Source: Eledone cirrhosa
Taxonomy: Eukaryota
Direction of reading: 5' to 3'
Assembly (NCBI GenBank): GCA_964016885.1
Contig: OZ024740.1
Coordinates: forward strand, 105,834,001-105,898,000
Length of the DNA: 64,000 bases
A program made the position numbers and the translations under genes. Below the pieces are notes generated by a model. It did not search any database and was not told the DNA's origin. It saw nothing but the letters and a program-made list of their open reading frames with translations. Shown piece by piece: positions 26,670 through 39,770 of the stretch (the stretch's first letter is position 1; every line of letters begins with the position of its first letter).

Positions 26670-26979
26670 AAAAAAGAAATAAGATAGTTTGAGGGGACGG
26701 GCGGGTTGGGATTGGAAAAAATGTCTTTAGATAAAAATAACAGGTCCATTCATGTTGACATCTTTTGCAAAACTGTTGGTGCTGGCGTTTTGTGTATGAT
26801 TTATTTTTTAGAAAAGTGGATGATGAAGCGCGTCTACCTGAAATAGAAAAAACCGTTTTGTAAAAAGAGGTATACTTGTTCACGTGCATAAGCATGTGTG
26901 TGTGTGTGTTATTATTATTATTGTTTTTATTTTCTTTCATTATTGTTTCTTAGATATATTCCGAGTGTCTTCCCGACAG

Positions 26980-27170
26980 GAGGTGGATTGGCAGTATCGG
27001 TAGAAGGTCGGGCGCCATGCTTTGACGCATATTTACGGCCCTTTCCATTCTGAGTTCCAATCCCGCCGAGGTTAACTTTGCCTTTCATCTTTATGGGGTC
27101 GATAAAATAAAGTACCAGTAATGCACTGATTAATTGCTGGCCTTGTTCCAAAAGTAGAAACAATTATTAT
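26980..27170 (+). mobile_element. tRNA-derived SINE
   Basis: Full family match. Confidence 0.9.
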
Positions 27171-27189
27171 TATTGTTTTTTATCACAAT

Positions 27190-28582
27190 TATTGTTTTTA
27201 TTTTCTTTCATTATTGTTTCTGAGATATATGCCGAGTGTCTTCCTGACACCTAGGGCAAATAAATTCACAGTGTGCATTGGTAAGCCAGTTAATACAGCA
27301 CATTGTTTATAATTAAAAAAAAGAAAAGAAAAAAAAACAGTATACACATATGCATATGCATATGTAAATACAAGGAGATAGTGCTCTTCTCAATACGTGT
27401 GCAGTACCAGTCAAAACAATTTTTTGCACCTCGTGCAGAGAGGGTAAACCAGGAATCATTCGCAAATATTGTTCTGTTCCCTTCTTGATCATTCCCAGTC
27501 CTCCAACAATCACTGGTATTGTAACGGTCTTGAGGTGCCACATTTTCTCAATTTCAATAAGCAGATCTTTATATTTTCATAGCTTGTGAAACTCTTTTGC
27601 CGCGATATTGTGATCACATGGTATGCTCATATCTATCAACAAACAGACCTTGTTATGTTATAATGATGTCAGGTCTATTTTCTTTTATGGTCCTGTCAGT
27701 ATGTACAGGAAAGTCCCAGAGAATTGTTACTTTTTCTCCTTCAGTTACAGCCTCAGGGTGATGATTGTACCACTTGTCTTCAGCTTTGATTTTGTAATGC
27801 CGACATATTACCCAGTGTAGATATTGGCCAAAACTGTCATATCTATATTTGTATTCTACTGGTGCTAAAACTTTACATCGAGAGACTAAGTGATCCACTG
27901 TTTCAACCCCAGCATTACAGAATCGGCAATTTGGGTTTATTCCGTTTCTCATCACATTGGCCTGGTAATTACGAGTCAATAAGCTTTGATCTTGGGCAGC
28001 TAAGATGAAGCCTTCACTCTCCGCCTTTAGCCTCGAACTGCGTAGCCACTGATGGGTGTGCTTTTGGTCAACATCAGCTTGTTTGCTACGGGCCACATAT
28101 TTGCCATGCAGAGGTTTCGGCACCCAATTTGATGCTAATTGTCCTTACCCTTTTGCTTTTGCCAGTGATTTTATGTGCCTAGCAGCATCAGTTGCAACAG
28201 TTTCTTTAGTCTGTCCAGCCTGGGTATCAAGCATGAGATCAGTAGCATATTTTTTGCTCTCCTTCAAGATAGAAGGAAGCTTCTTACTTCTCTCATGCTT
28301 TTCAAGAAATTTTAGCATACAGTCGTTAGTTGTTTCAAGGTATTTGGCCAGACCAATGATGGAGGTCTTGTAAGCAAGTTCAAATTGGATCAGGCCACGA
28401 CCTCCTTGAGTTCTAGGAAGGTAAAGACGATCCACATCTGCTTTTGGGTGGTGCATCCTATTACAGGTCAGTAGCTTACGGACTTTGGTGTCGATTCTTT
28501 TGATTTCACTCATATTCCAGTTCAACACAACGAAGCTATAAGTGACAACTGAGACTGCCAAGGAATTTATGGCTAGCACTCT
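27190..28582 (-). mobile_element. R4/Dong-clade LINE 3' portion with AAT-type tail
   Basis: HHPKADVDRLYLPRTQGGRGL, KPLHGKY, AAQDQSL, CRFC..ETVDHLVSRC, LWDF..TDRTIKENRPDI, IPVIVGGLG. Confidence 0.92.
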
Positions 28583-28594
28583 GTTAAAATACAG

Positions 28595-28639
<45 letters not shown>

Positions 28640-29217
28640 ATCAACGTTCTTTCGCCGCACATCTGCGACATCATCAGTGGTACTATTATGTTTCCTCCAA
28701 TTGTATTGTAATAACCTACGCCATTTTTATTTTATCTATTTATTTATTTCGTCTTGTCTCTGTCTCTGCGCATGCGTTTGCGTGTGTGTGTATAGTGTTC
28801 GGTGTGTGTGTTCGCGTTTGAGTGTATTTGTTTTTGTTTTTGTATTCTATATTTGTTCACTAGTTGGTGTTTATATGTGTTTGTTGTTATTGTACTTGTG
28901 TATAAGACAAGACGAAATAAATAAATAAATAAAATAAAAATGGCATAGACATTACGATACAATGAAGAGAAACATAATAGTACCATTGATAATGTCGCAC
29001 ATGTGTGAAGAAAAAACTTTGATAGACTATATATATATATTTATATCTGTATTTTTAAACGCTGGTCAATCAATGATAAACATTAATTGCCAAATAAATT
29101 AAATATGGAGATATAAAAGATATAGAAGCTAAAACCAACCCAAACCAAACAGTCAGTGTGTTCTGTTATTTTTTCTGCCAATATTATACCAATATGACCC
29201 TCCCCAAGTATCACAAT
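28583..29217. mobile_element. PLE 3' UTR present as an inverted pair, with hammerhead motifs at 28650-28680 (-) and about 28985-29020 (+)
   Basis: Homologous to 60960-61456, which follows a GIY-YIG ORF. Confidence 0.8.
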
Positions 29218-29647
29218 ATATATATATATACATATCTCTGACGATATGGGATCGATTGTGCATTGGATATCGAATGCTCTACTAAATATATAATATTATA
29301 GATGTAGCGAGATCTAGGCAAATTGATGTCTATTGAAACGTACGTAAGAACCGAATAAATCTCTTTTACTGCATCTTTCTATTCTTTTTAATTCTTTATA
29401 CACGCCCCGGAATATAGCTAAACTGGAATATACACCTTTTTTCTGCATTTCGTTGAGCACCACTCTGTTGTAAGCTGACATTCCACTACACGGTACATAA
29501 CACTGTGTCCTGGAAAACATTAATGCACTCGGGCATAACCAACTATATATATATATATATATATATATAACGAAGGAAATGTGGTAAGGAACCAAGTGGA
29601 CCATAACGTACCAAAGTACTCAATACTTAGGGTCGTAGAGTGGGTAA

Positions 29648-29758
29648 TAGGAACGAGTAGGACCCCGACGGCTGAGCTCAAGCCGTTTCGACGGCTAATT
29701 CTGGACGCATTAGCCGCCGAAACGGCTTGAGCTCGGCCGTCGGGGTCTTACTCGTTCC

Positions 29759-29760
<2 letters not shown>
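29648..29760. repeat. Fold-back hairpin built from a hammerhead 3' half
   Basis: ~52-bp arms with loop TCTGGACGC; GAAACGGCTTGAGCTC(A/G)GCCGTC reads on both strands. Confidence 0.9.
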
Positions 29761-29851
<91 letters not shown>

Positions 29852-29999
29852 ATATGCGTGAGTGTGTGTGTATACATATCATCCAAGATGCCTGACTAAC
29901 AACAACACGTGCTTATCTCCTCCCTACACTTCCATCTTTCTCTATCTTCTGATTAAGGACTAGCACCCAAACGGTTAACACGTTTCTCTACCTATATCG

Positions 30000-30192
30000 A
30001 GGGCGGTGGATTGGCAGTATCGTTAGAAGGTTGGACGTCATATTTTGCAGCATAGAGTTACGGCCCTTTATGATCTGAGTTCAAATCCCGCCGAGGTTAA
30101 CTTTGCCTTTCATCCTTACGGGGTCGATAAAATAAAGTACCAGTAATGCACTGGAATAATTGCTGGCCTTGTGCCAAAAGTAGAAACAATTA
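30000..30192 (+). mobile_element. tRNA-derived SINE, full length
   Basis: Family match. Confidence 0.9.
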
Positions 30193-30257
30193 TATTATTT
30201 AGTTTTCCAATGTTGTTTTCTCTATTTGACTATATACACACACACACACACACACAT

Positions 30258-30762
30258 ATATGTAACCCAGTACAACCTGTCTCATGGTCGGGTCGTCGGC
30301 CACTAAACCGGCAACCCCACCAAGTTTACTTGGTGAGGAGGGTGATTTTGGACACGCTGCAGGACAAAAAACAAAACCTGACAACGGGCGGAAGAACTCA
30401 TCAGAGTCAACGGCCGAAAGTGTGTAAATATGTATATACACATGTACCGCGCAGTTAAACCACTGGGAGTGAAGGACCCCTAGCCCTTGTCAGGGCATTC
30501 TTCTAAGAGAAGGCAACTCAGGAAACTGGGATAACTCCGATATAAAATCTGCGGCTCAGTAGTTACTGATGATGTTGATCTTTTCTTCTTTTCGGGTTAT
30601 AGCTACTGTCGCTCAGAGAGTGGGATTGGCTCAGTGCACAGTCTTTCCTCACTTTAAAAAATACCTTCACGCACAGGCATTGCACGATAGAATTAATTAA
30701 TATTTATTAATAATGGTATATCGTGCAATGGCCATACTCGATAACGAGGGGGCAGCCATCAT
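30258..30762 (+). mobile_element. Short non-autonomous RTE-derived element
   Basis: Collinear with 13975-14429 and ends in GCAGCCATCAT. Confidence 0.7.
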
Positions 30763-30811
30763 GTGTGTATGTATGTATATGCATATATACATAAACATAT
30801 ATATATATATA

Positions 30812-31093
30812 AAAGAAATATGATTTCGCTTCAAGCATAGCTTTATACAAATATGTCTAGAAATTTCGTATTTCTAAAGAAACACGGTTTTAGGAAGCCG
30901 TAGCTATGCAAACACCGGGGCTATCGGTCTCTGGTGGTGTCCAGCCGAAGTAAGGGGGACAACCATCTATGCATTTCAGGCTTGACTGGCCTTCTTCAGA
31001 ATGATCCCTCCCACCGCTTGCTACTGCTGGACTTGAAAACAGTCGAGAATATATAGTTTTCTCGTCTGTGTAAATGAGGTGATTAATCTCATT

Positions 31094-31098
<5 letters not shown>
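30812..31098 (-). mobile_element. Retrozyme-like element, partial monomer of the 323-nt family
   Basis: Circularly permuted relative to 60235-60583; flanked by (TA)n. Confidence 0.75.
30961..31007 (-). ncRNA. Intact minimal type I hammerhead ribozyme
   Basis: GAUCAUU-CUGAAGA-AGGC CAGUCAA GCCU-GAAA-UGCA-UA-GAUGGUU: 7-bp stem I, 4-bp stem II, palindromic stem III AUGCAU. Confidence 0.9.
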
Positions 31099-31145
<47 letters not shown>

Positions 31146-31274
31146 TATATACATATATATATGTGTGTGTGTGTGTATATATATAAAGGAATAAGGATTA
31201 ACAAGGATTTAAGTTAAAACGTTTAATTGATTTACGACAGTTGCGTTTGAATAACACACACACACACACCACAC

Positions 31275-31329
<55 letters not shown>

Positions 31330-31799
31330 CATACATAAACTCACGCACAGGCACACCACACACACATAAAGACAAGGACATACATAGATTCACACATACA
31401 TGTAAATGCATGTGTGTTTATATGTATTTGTTGTGTCCATGCGTCTGATACCTACACATGTATCCACACATCGATCTATATATATTTATCTCACAATTCT
31501 TACTACTCTCTCTCTCCGTTTTGCATATTTCATTTTCTGCCCCAATCTTTCTCTCCGCCAGACCTTCACTCTCTCTATCTCGGCGTTTGGTTGGCTCAGT
31601 CTACCCTCAAATTATTTATTTTTAACACAGTAGTCTTGGCGCTTTTATTAATAATTTCGATAGATTATTGATTTTTACCATTTTGACATCTATCAATAGA
31701 CATGTGTAAGCATTTATGTGTAACATATGTTAATATATAAATATACAAGAAAATACATGAATGCATACCAATGCATACAAATAGGTCCACACATATTTA

Positions 31800-32780
<981 letters not shown>

Positions 32781-33195
32781 TTACATAACAATTTCTAATT
32801 TAGGTACAAGTACTGTAATTTAGATGGAGGGGAAATTCCATTATACTAGCATTACTTTATTTTACTGTCATCGGAAGGATGAAGAGCAAAGTCGACTTCG
32901 GAAGGATGAAAGGTAAAATAGACCTTGATAAGATTATTATAAAATTGACCTTGATAAGATTATTTCAAGACTTGAAATAAATAACACGAAGCATTTTCTC
33001 TGATGCTCTAACGATTCTATCTATATATGCCGCCCTTGCGATCATCAGATCGAACCAACGAAACAAAACTTCTGTTGGTCTTTTCGTTGCTGAATCTATC
33101 TGCCGGTCGCCACTGCCGGTAGAAGAAATTATGTTGGCCGGCGCTCTACCGCTCTTGCCTAACCACTGCACTTACAATACTATTACATGATGCTT

Positions 33196-33408
33196 TATAA
33201 TTTAGGCACATAGCTAACAATGTTAGGAGAGGCGAAAATCTATTTAATTGACCCTAGTGTGTTACTGGTACTTTATTTCAACGACCCTCTAAGGATGAAA
33301 AGCAAAACTAACCTCGGTGACATTTGAACTCAGAACGTAAAGGGCCATATCTATATGCCGTAAAGTATGTTGTCCGTCCCTCCACCGCTTACTGCCAAAC
33401 CATCCCTT
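33196..33408 (-). mobile_element. Older variant of the SINE; a further fragment lies at about 32790-32930
   Basis: Family match with a longer 3' part. Confidence 0.8.
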
Positions 33409-34367
33409 ACAATTCTACTACATAATAATGCCTCATACACCAAGTTAGTAGAGAATCACCTTCTGCTGTTTGGACGGCGCACATAGCACCTCTAATAATT
33501 AGTAACTTTAACTAATTAACGGTTTATAGATGCCTATCTATTGTCTCGGTTGCCCCGTTTGTTCGGAGATCTAGGCCTCCCTAATTTTTGTTGTTTCGCA
33601 TCCACTTTGAGAGATTAACATATGTATACACCTTGTGTGTAAGAATGTTTCACCTATCATGTCTCACTCACTCACACGAAGAAATCGGGCCAGCACATAA
33701 TGGATCCCACTTTCTCAAAATCAATCCCATAAGCATCTTACGTTTTATCCGAACCACGATGTTTTTCAAATGATGTGGATCATAATACATAAGCTGTCGG
33801 TAGACACTTCATCTGGCTTTCAACAGCCATATATCCTACTTCGGTTTGATACACTCGTCCGCTATGCCTAAAGATTACTGTATTTCATTGCATATTTTAC
33901 CTTCAGTATTAATTGTCCATAGAACCGATATATTCCCAATACATATTCCCATACATTTTTGAGATTCAGTACTGTGGAGAGAAAACTAAAAAAAAAAAAT
34001 ATATATCAGTGTTTTCAAGAATATGTACTATCGAAATATGTTGGGAGTGAGACAACGCAGAAATGATAACGCTAGAAAGAAGATTAAATTTCCAAGTGAT
34101 TAGCTCTTAGCTTACGTAAAAATACATAACAGAAACTACGAGATTTTGGTTGTGATAAATGTGATGGGATGGAAAGGAGTGTATTCAGGACGCTTATTTG
34201 TGAAATGAGGGAAAGCAATATATAGATGGAAAAAGAGTGACAGATGCTTTCAATTCAATGGAAAAACCCTGAAAGATTGCACCAATCAGAACATGATATT
34301 TACCTGCTGGGATATTATATGATGAATAAATCAGTTACATTATATATATATATAACGTAACTGATAT

Positions 34368-34550
34368 GGTGGATTGGCAGTATCGGTAGAGGGTCGGACG
34401 CCATTCTTTCTAGCATAGTTACGTCCCTTTACGATCTGAGTTCAAATCCCGCCGAGGTTGACTTTGCCTTTCATCCTTACTGGGTCGATAAAATGAAGTA
34501 CCAGTAATGCGCTAGGTAATTGCTATCCTTGTGCCTAAAGTAGAAACAAT

Positions 34551-34552
<2 letters not shown>
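34368..34552 (+). mobile_element. tRNA-derived SINE
   Basis: Family match. Confidence 0.9.
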
Positions 34553-34601
<49 letters not shown>

Positions 34602-34603
<2 letters not shown>

Positions 34604-35117
34604 TGGTAAACGGAAAAGAAAATGCTGACAAATTGTTCCCAGTGAAAAATAGTTTAATTAGGAATATGTAAAAGTTAGTAATAGTATTGGTTAGTATTCA
34701 GTTTTAGTTTTAAGTTTTACCGGTTGCGCATTTCTAATGCTTTTCAAAAATAATTTTGAGATAGAGCGCCCGTGATGTTTGCTCTAATCTGATTAGTTTT
34801 CGAAATTCTACCTGTTTTATGTGAAAAAAGTGGCTCAGCGGTATTAAAATAAGTTTCGCGCCAATTCGTGTTGCAAAAATTCTTGTGGTCAAAACAATTT
34901 TGATTGGTCGGTAGAGGTCATGTGAATGTTAAAAATTGATTTTGCGCCAAATGATTTTGTGTCGGCTGATTGAGAAGTCACTGAAAAATAAGTCTTTCAA
35001 AACAAATATGTGCGTGTGTGTGTGTAGTAGTAGTAAAGAGGTTCGTTGTTGTGATAATGGTCAGCAGGGATGCGTGTGCGAACCGCAGCCTGTTGACAGT
35101 TCAAATGCCTATTAAGA

Positions 35118-35188
<71 letters not shown>

Positions 35189-36930
35189 CAGAGTAATTCG
35201 TGGTACAGGGATGGTCAGTAGGAATGTGTCTGTACTTGTGTGGGGGATATTTTTAACATGTTAAAAGATATTTTTCAGCTCTTGTCTTATACGGAGAAGT
35301 GTGTGTATGTCACTTTGTATGTTAATGTACGCGTGTGTATGTGTGTGTGTATATATGTGTGTGTGTGTATATATATGTGTGTGTGTGTGTGAGAATATGT
35401 GTGTGTGGGGGGGGGGGGACCAGTATTTTTGTGATACTGGTAAAAATGGTGTACATTATTCGATATTTTCAGTAAAAACGATTCTCTCAATAGAACATCA
35501 AAAACCTTAATAATAAAAGGTGTGAAATGATATATAGTATTGGCATAATACCAGGTGTGTGTGAGTGTCCAGATTGTACGTACTGCAAGGGGAATCCATT
35601 AGGCCTTGCCGTATTGGAATACTTGTGTACAAATATGTATGTGCCCATCAGTGTGCAATGCATGTGTGCGTTTATGTATGTGTGTCGGCATGTTTATATC
35701 TATAGACATCAAAATTTGTGTATATTTGTGCAAATTTGTGTATATTTGTGTTGCACCATAGAACATGTGTGTTTACGTATGTCATTGTGTTTATATGTGG
35801 ATAGAGATGTATGCTGATGTAGGTATGTATGTTGACGTGTGTATGTTGTGGGTTCGTCTTAGGGAGAAGTGTTTGGACGGGGTCCGTATTTGTTAATAAA
35901 GTGAGATTCCTTGCTGATGCGCTGGGTGTGGGTGGCATTATCTTTAAATTTGTAGAGGGGAAAGATTCTGAAGTTGGGATGATTTTGGGCGGGACAGGTA
36001 TCAATGTGTTCACTCAGTGGTATTTTCCTGTATTCCCGTATTTTAATTTGGGATCTATGGACAGTCATGCGTTGGTGGAGGCTGTTTTTGGTCTGGCCTA
36101 TGTGTTGATCTCGACAAACTGAGCAAGTTAATACATATATTAGATTTTCTGATGCGCATGTGAAATTGTGTTTTACTATAAAACGTTTTCCGAACCCTCT
36201 ATTAGGTTGATGCATATGCCACAGTTGCGTCTATCGCATTTTTTTACTGTGGGTTTCGTTGTTGTGGTTGGCAGTACTTTGGCATGTGTTAGGATGTTTT
36301 TCATTGACTTAGATTGTCTTTTGCTCTTTATGATATCGTGTGTTCGTAGGATTTGGTTCATTCTATGGTCCTTTTTCAACACAAGGATGTTCTGGAGGAT
36401 GGTGTCAAAGGCCTCATTGTTGAGGGAGTTGTGTGTGGAGATGTATGGATGAGATTTTAGTTTCGGTTGATTTACTTTAGAGTGTCTAAGGTCCTGGGTA
36501 CTGAGTTTTAGGGCACGTTGGATTCCATTGTCAATTAGTGATGCAGGGTAGTCCCTGCCTATGAGTATGTCCTTTAGTTCTTGTAGCCGTAAATAGCAGG
36601 TGTTTTTATTGGAGACTATAGTACAGATTCTCTAGTTCAGATGGCTAAGTTGTAGGTAATATTAATTTTAACGTGTCTAGGGTGGCAAGAGTTGAAAGGA
36701 AGATATTGCTTGGAGTCTGTGGGCTTGTAGTATATGTCTGTTTCTATTTTTTTGTTATGGATCTTAATGAGGATGTCGAGGAAGGGGAGTTGTTGATGGC
36801 TGTATTACATCGTGAAGTTAATATTCGTGTTGAGCCCATTTATAAGGGTGTGAAGTATCCCCCACACACGTACAGACACATTCCTACAGACACATTCCTA
36901 CTGACCATCCCTCTACCACGAATTACTCTG

Positions 36931-37019
<89 letters not shown>

Positions 37020-37536
37020 TCTTAATAGGCATTTGAACTGTCAACAGGCTGCGGTTCGCACACACATCCCTGCTGACCATTATCACAACAACGAACCTCT
37101 TTACTACTACTACACACACACACACACATTTGTTTTGAAAGACTTATTTTTCAGTGACTTCTCAATCAGCCGACATACACCTACATTTGGCGCAAAATCA
37201 ATTTTTAACATTCACATGACCTCTACCGACCAATCAAAATTGTTTTGACCACAAGAATTTTTGCGACACAAATTGGCGCGAAACTAATTTTAATACATCT
37301 GGAGCCACTTTTTTCACATAAAACAGGTAGAATTTCCAAAACTAATCAGATTAGAGCAAACATCACGGGCGCTCTATCTCAAAATTATTTTTGAAAAGCA
37401 TTAGAAATGCGCAACCGGTAAAACTTAAAACCAAAACTGAATACTAACCAATACTATTACTAATTTTTACATATTCCTAATTAAACTATTTTTCACTGGG
37501 AACAATTTGTCAGCATTTTCTTTTCCGTTTACCAAT
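34602..37536 (-). mobile_element. 5'-truncated Penelope-like element (Neptune-like) with ~650-bp inverted arms
   Basis: RT end LPFLDI...TDIYYKPTDSKQYLPFNSCHP, Cys linker CDRRNCGIC, GIY-YIG NLIYVLTC..C..HIGQT...RMTVHR...KESHFI; arms 34602-35250 and 36856-37536. Confidence 0.9.
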
Positions 37537-37570
37537 ATATCATAACTCGTGTGTTACACCTCTATTCTTT

Positions 37571-37615
<45 letters not shown>

Positions 37616-38149
37616 TACATATATACATGCATATATGTGCCTTATGATACACATATATGCATGTACACTAAAGTTGACTTAAGAGAAAGGACTATCGGTT
37701 TCTTTTCTGGTCACTTGTGTGCGCCATCCTTTTATTGATATATATAAATACACACACACACACACACACATATTTACGATGAAACAAATGAAAATGTTAT
37801 TGAGTAGAAAAGAAAATATAATGAGAATTCACACGTCTATTGTCTCACCCGGCATGCACACTAAGAATCGTTAACATCTACAAGGATTCTCTATAAATGT
37901 TCTTCCTTCTCTGAAGACACTCCATTTTGTGTTCTCGTTAAAGCCTGAACTTTACTTGAATGCAATGCAAACAAATGACATTAACGAACATACTTGTCTT
38001 GTTATCGCATGAAATACCAACGTTTCACATCTACACGATAATGTTATTCATTGATATTTTATGCGATGTACGATAATCTTGACGTTATAATGTTATCTGA
38101 ATGCCAACATCTCTAACTTCACTCAACTTCGTCTGCTGTACAATAATAA

Positions 38150-38602
38150 TAGTGATTTCTGATTTAGGCACAAGGCCAGCAATTTTTGGGGAGGGGAAAG
38201 TCGATTAAATCGACCCCAGTGTATTATTGGTGTTTTATTATTATTGGTGTTTTATTTTATCGACCGCGTAAGGTAAAGCTAACCTCGGCGGGATTATAAT
38301 AATTGTTTCTACTTTTTGGCATAAGGCCAGCAATTAACCAGTGCATTACTGGTACTTTATTTTATCGACCCCGTAAGGATGAAAAGCTAAGTTAACCTCG
38401 GCGGGATTCGAACTCAGAATGGCAAGGACCGTAACTCTAGGCGTCAAAGCATAGCGTCTAACCCTCTACCGATACTGCCAATCCACCACCCTTTGCGGGA
38501 TTATTATAATGATTTCTTATATTGACACAAGGCCAGCAATTTGGAGTGAGGGGAAAGTCGATTAAATCGAACCCAGTGCGTGACTGGTACTTTATTTTAT
38601 CG
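38150..38602 (-). mobile_element. Nested SINE cluster: a full copy at 38298-38492 between two older fragments
   Basis: Family match; GCGGGATTAT is duplicated on both sides of the full copy. Confidence 0.85.
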
Positions 38603-38799
38603 AGAAGAGACAACGGTTATTCTGTGCCAGTTGTTACAATCATTTAAAACTCCTTTTGGGGGGATAATGTAGAATATATTCATCCTACTTTTGGACTATT
38701 ATTTCTCAGTAATTGATATATTTGCAGACCTGATTTACGCCTTTCGTTGGATACAATGTATGATCTGTCAACTCTCATATCAAAACTTTAGAACAGCCT

Positions 38800-39770
38800 A
38801 CTTTTCATCCATAGACCTCCTCTAGAATTTTTCGGTCATTTGACAGCATGCTATAAAAGAGGGTGAACATTTCAGCCTTTTCATGAATCTACTCGATTCT
38901 TCGTGGATTCGTACTTGCCGGATTCCTAATCAACTCTTGCTACGCCTTCTCTCAATAACGCAATGTTGTGTCGGTGTTCTTTAGGTGTAAGAGAATTATA
39001 TATTTACAAGGTATTTAAAACTTAATCTAACATTCAATAATACTTAAAAAATTGAATACACTCGCCGCATTATTTGAGGTATTCAGTATACCACCTTTTC
39101 TACATAATGTTAAGGTAATCTAATGTAGTGAAAATAATAGAGATTGCAAATTTGTGTAGAGTCAGCCTCGCTTGTTTAATTATTAGACATCCTATTGTCT
39201 TTGTGATTTCCTCATATTAAGGTTTTCTCTTGCACGTATTCACTACACTATTACTATTACACCACCTGAAGCTTTGACGATTTCCTCCTCATACCAGATT
39301 AACTTGTAAACTAACTCAACTTTTTTATGGTGACATCTCCTACATGCTTAAACAATTCTGTATTTATCCCGTCTAAGCAAGCTGCCATGTTGTTCTTTAA
39401 ACAACGAATGAGTTTTGGTGACTCAGTCCATTGAGATGCCCTCAACTGTCACGCGCAGATGACTTTTCTTTCAACGCCTAAAACCAGTAAGGCACAAAGC
39501 TACACTTGTAAATGTTAATCGTTGTGCTTATGGCGATTTATGATGAGCAGAGTCTACAGACTTAGTATTTCTTGGCGTTGCCGCATCACGAATGAAGTCA
39601 GTCAGAAAAAAAGCTGCTTTGAGTAATCTGCGGGATAGATTCACCGTACGACAGTGGAAGATGATTGGCCTTGTAGTAAACATATCCACGAAGTAACCAG
39701 TGAAGACCTATCTCCAATTGTCGTTGTCGCATTAGTATGAACTTTGAGGTAAATATTGTCATGTTTTCCA
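38800..39770 (-). mobile_element. Highly decayed PLE RT relic
   Basis: Traces LP-KVH, RPII and ICNLY in the expected order. Confidence 0.4.

Noticed and set aside
33012-33053. CUGAUGA plus hairpin on the minus strand
   Set aside because: GAAA and the UH site are missing; similar partial hits near 5020, 13290, 37911 and 38020 were also dropped.
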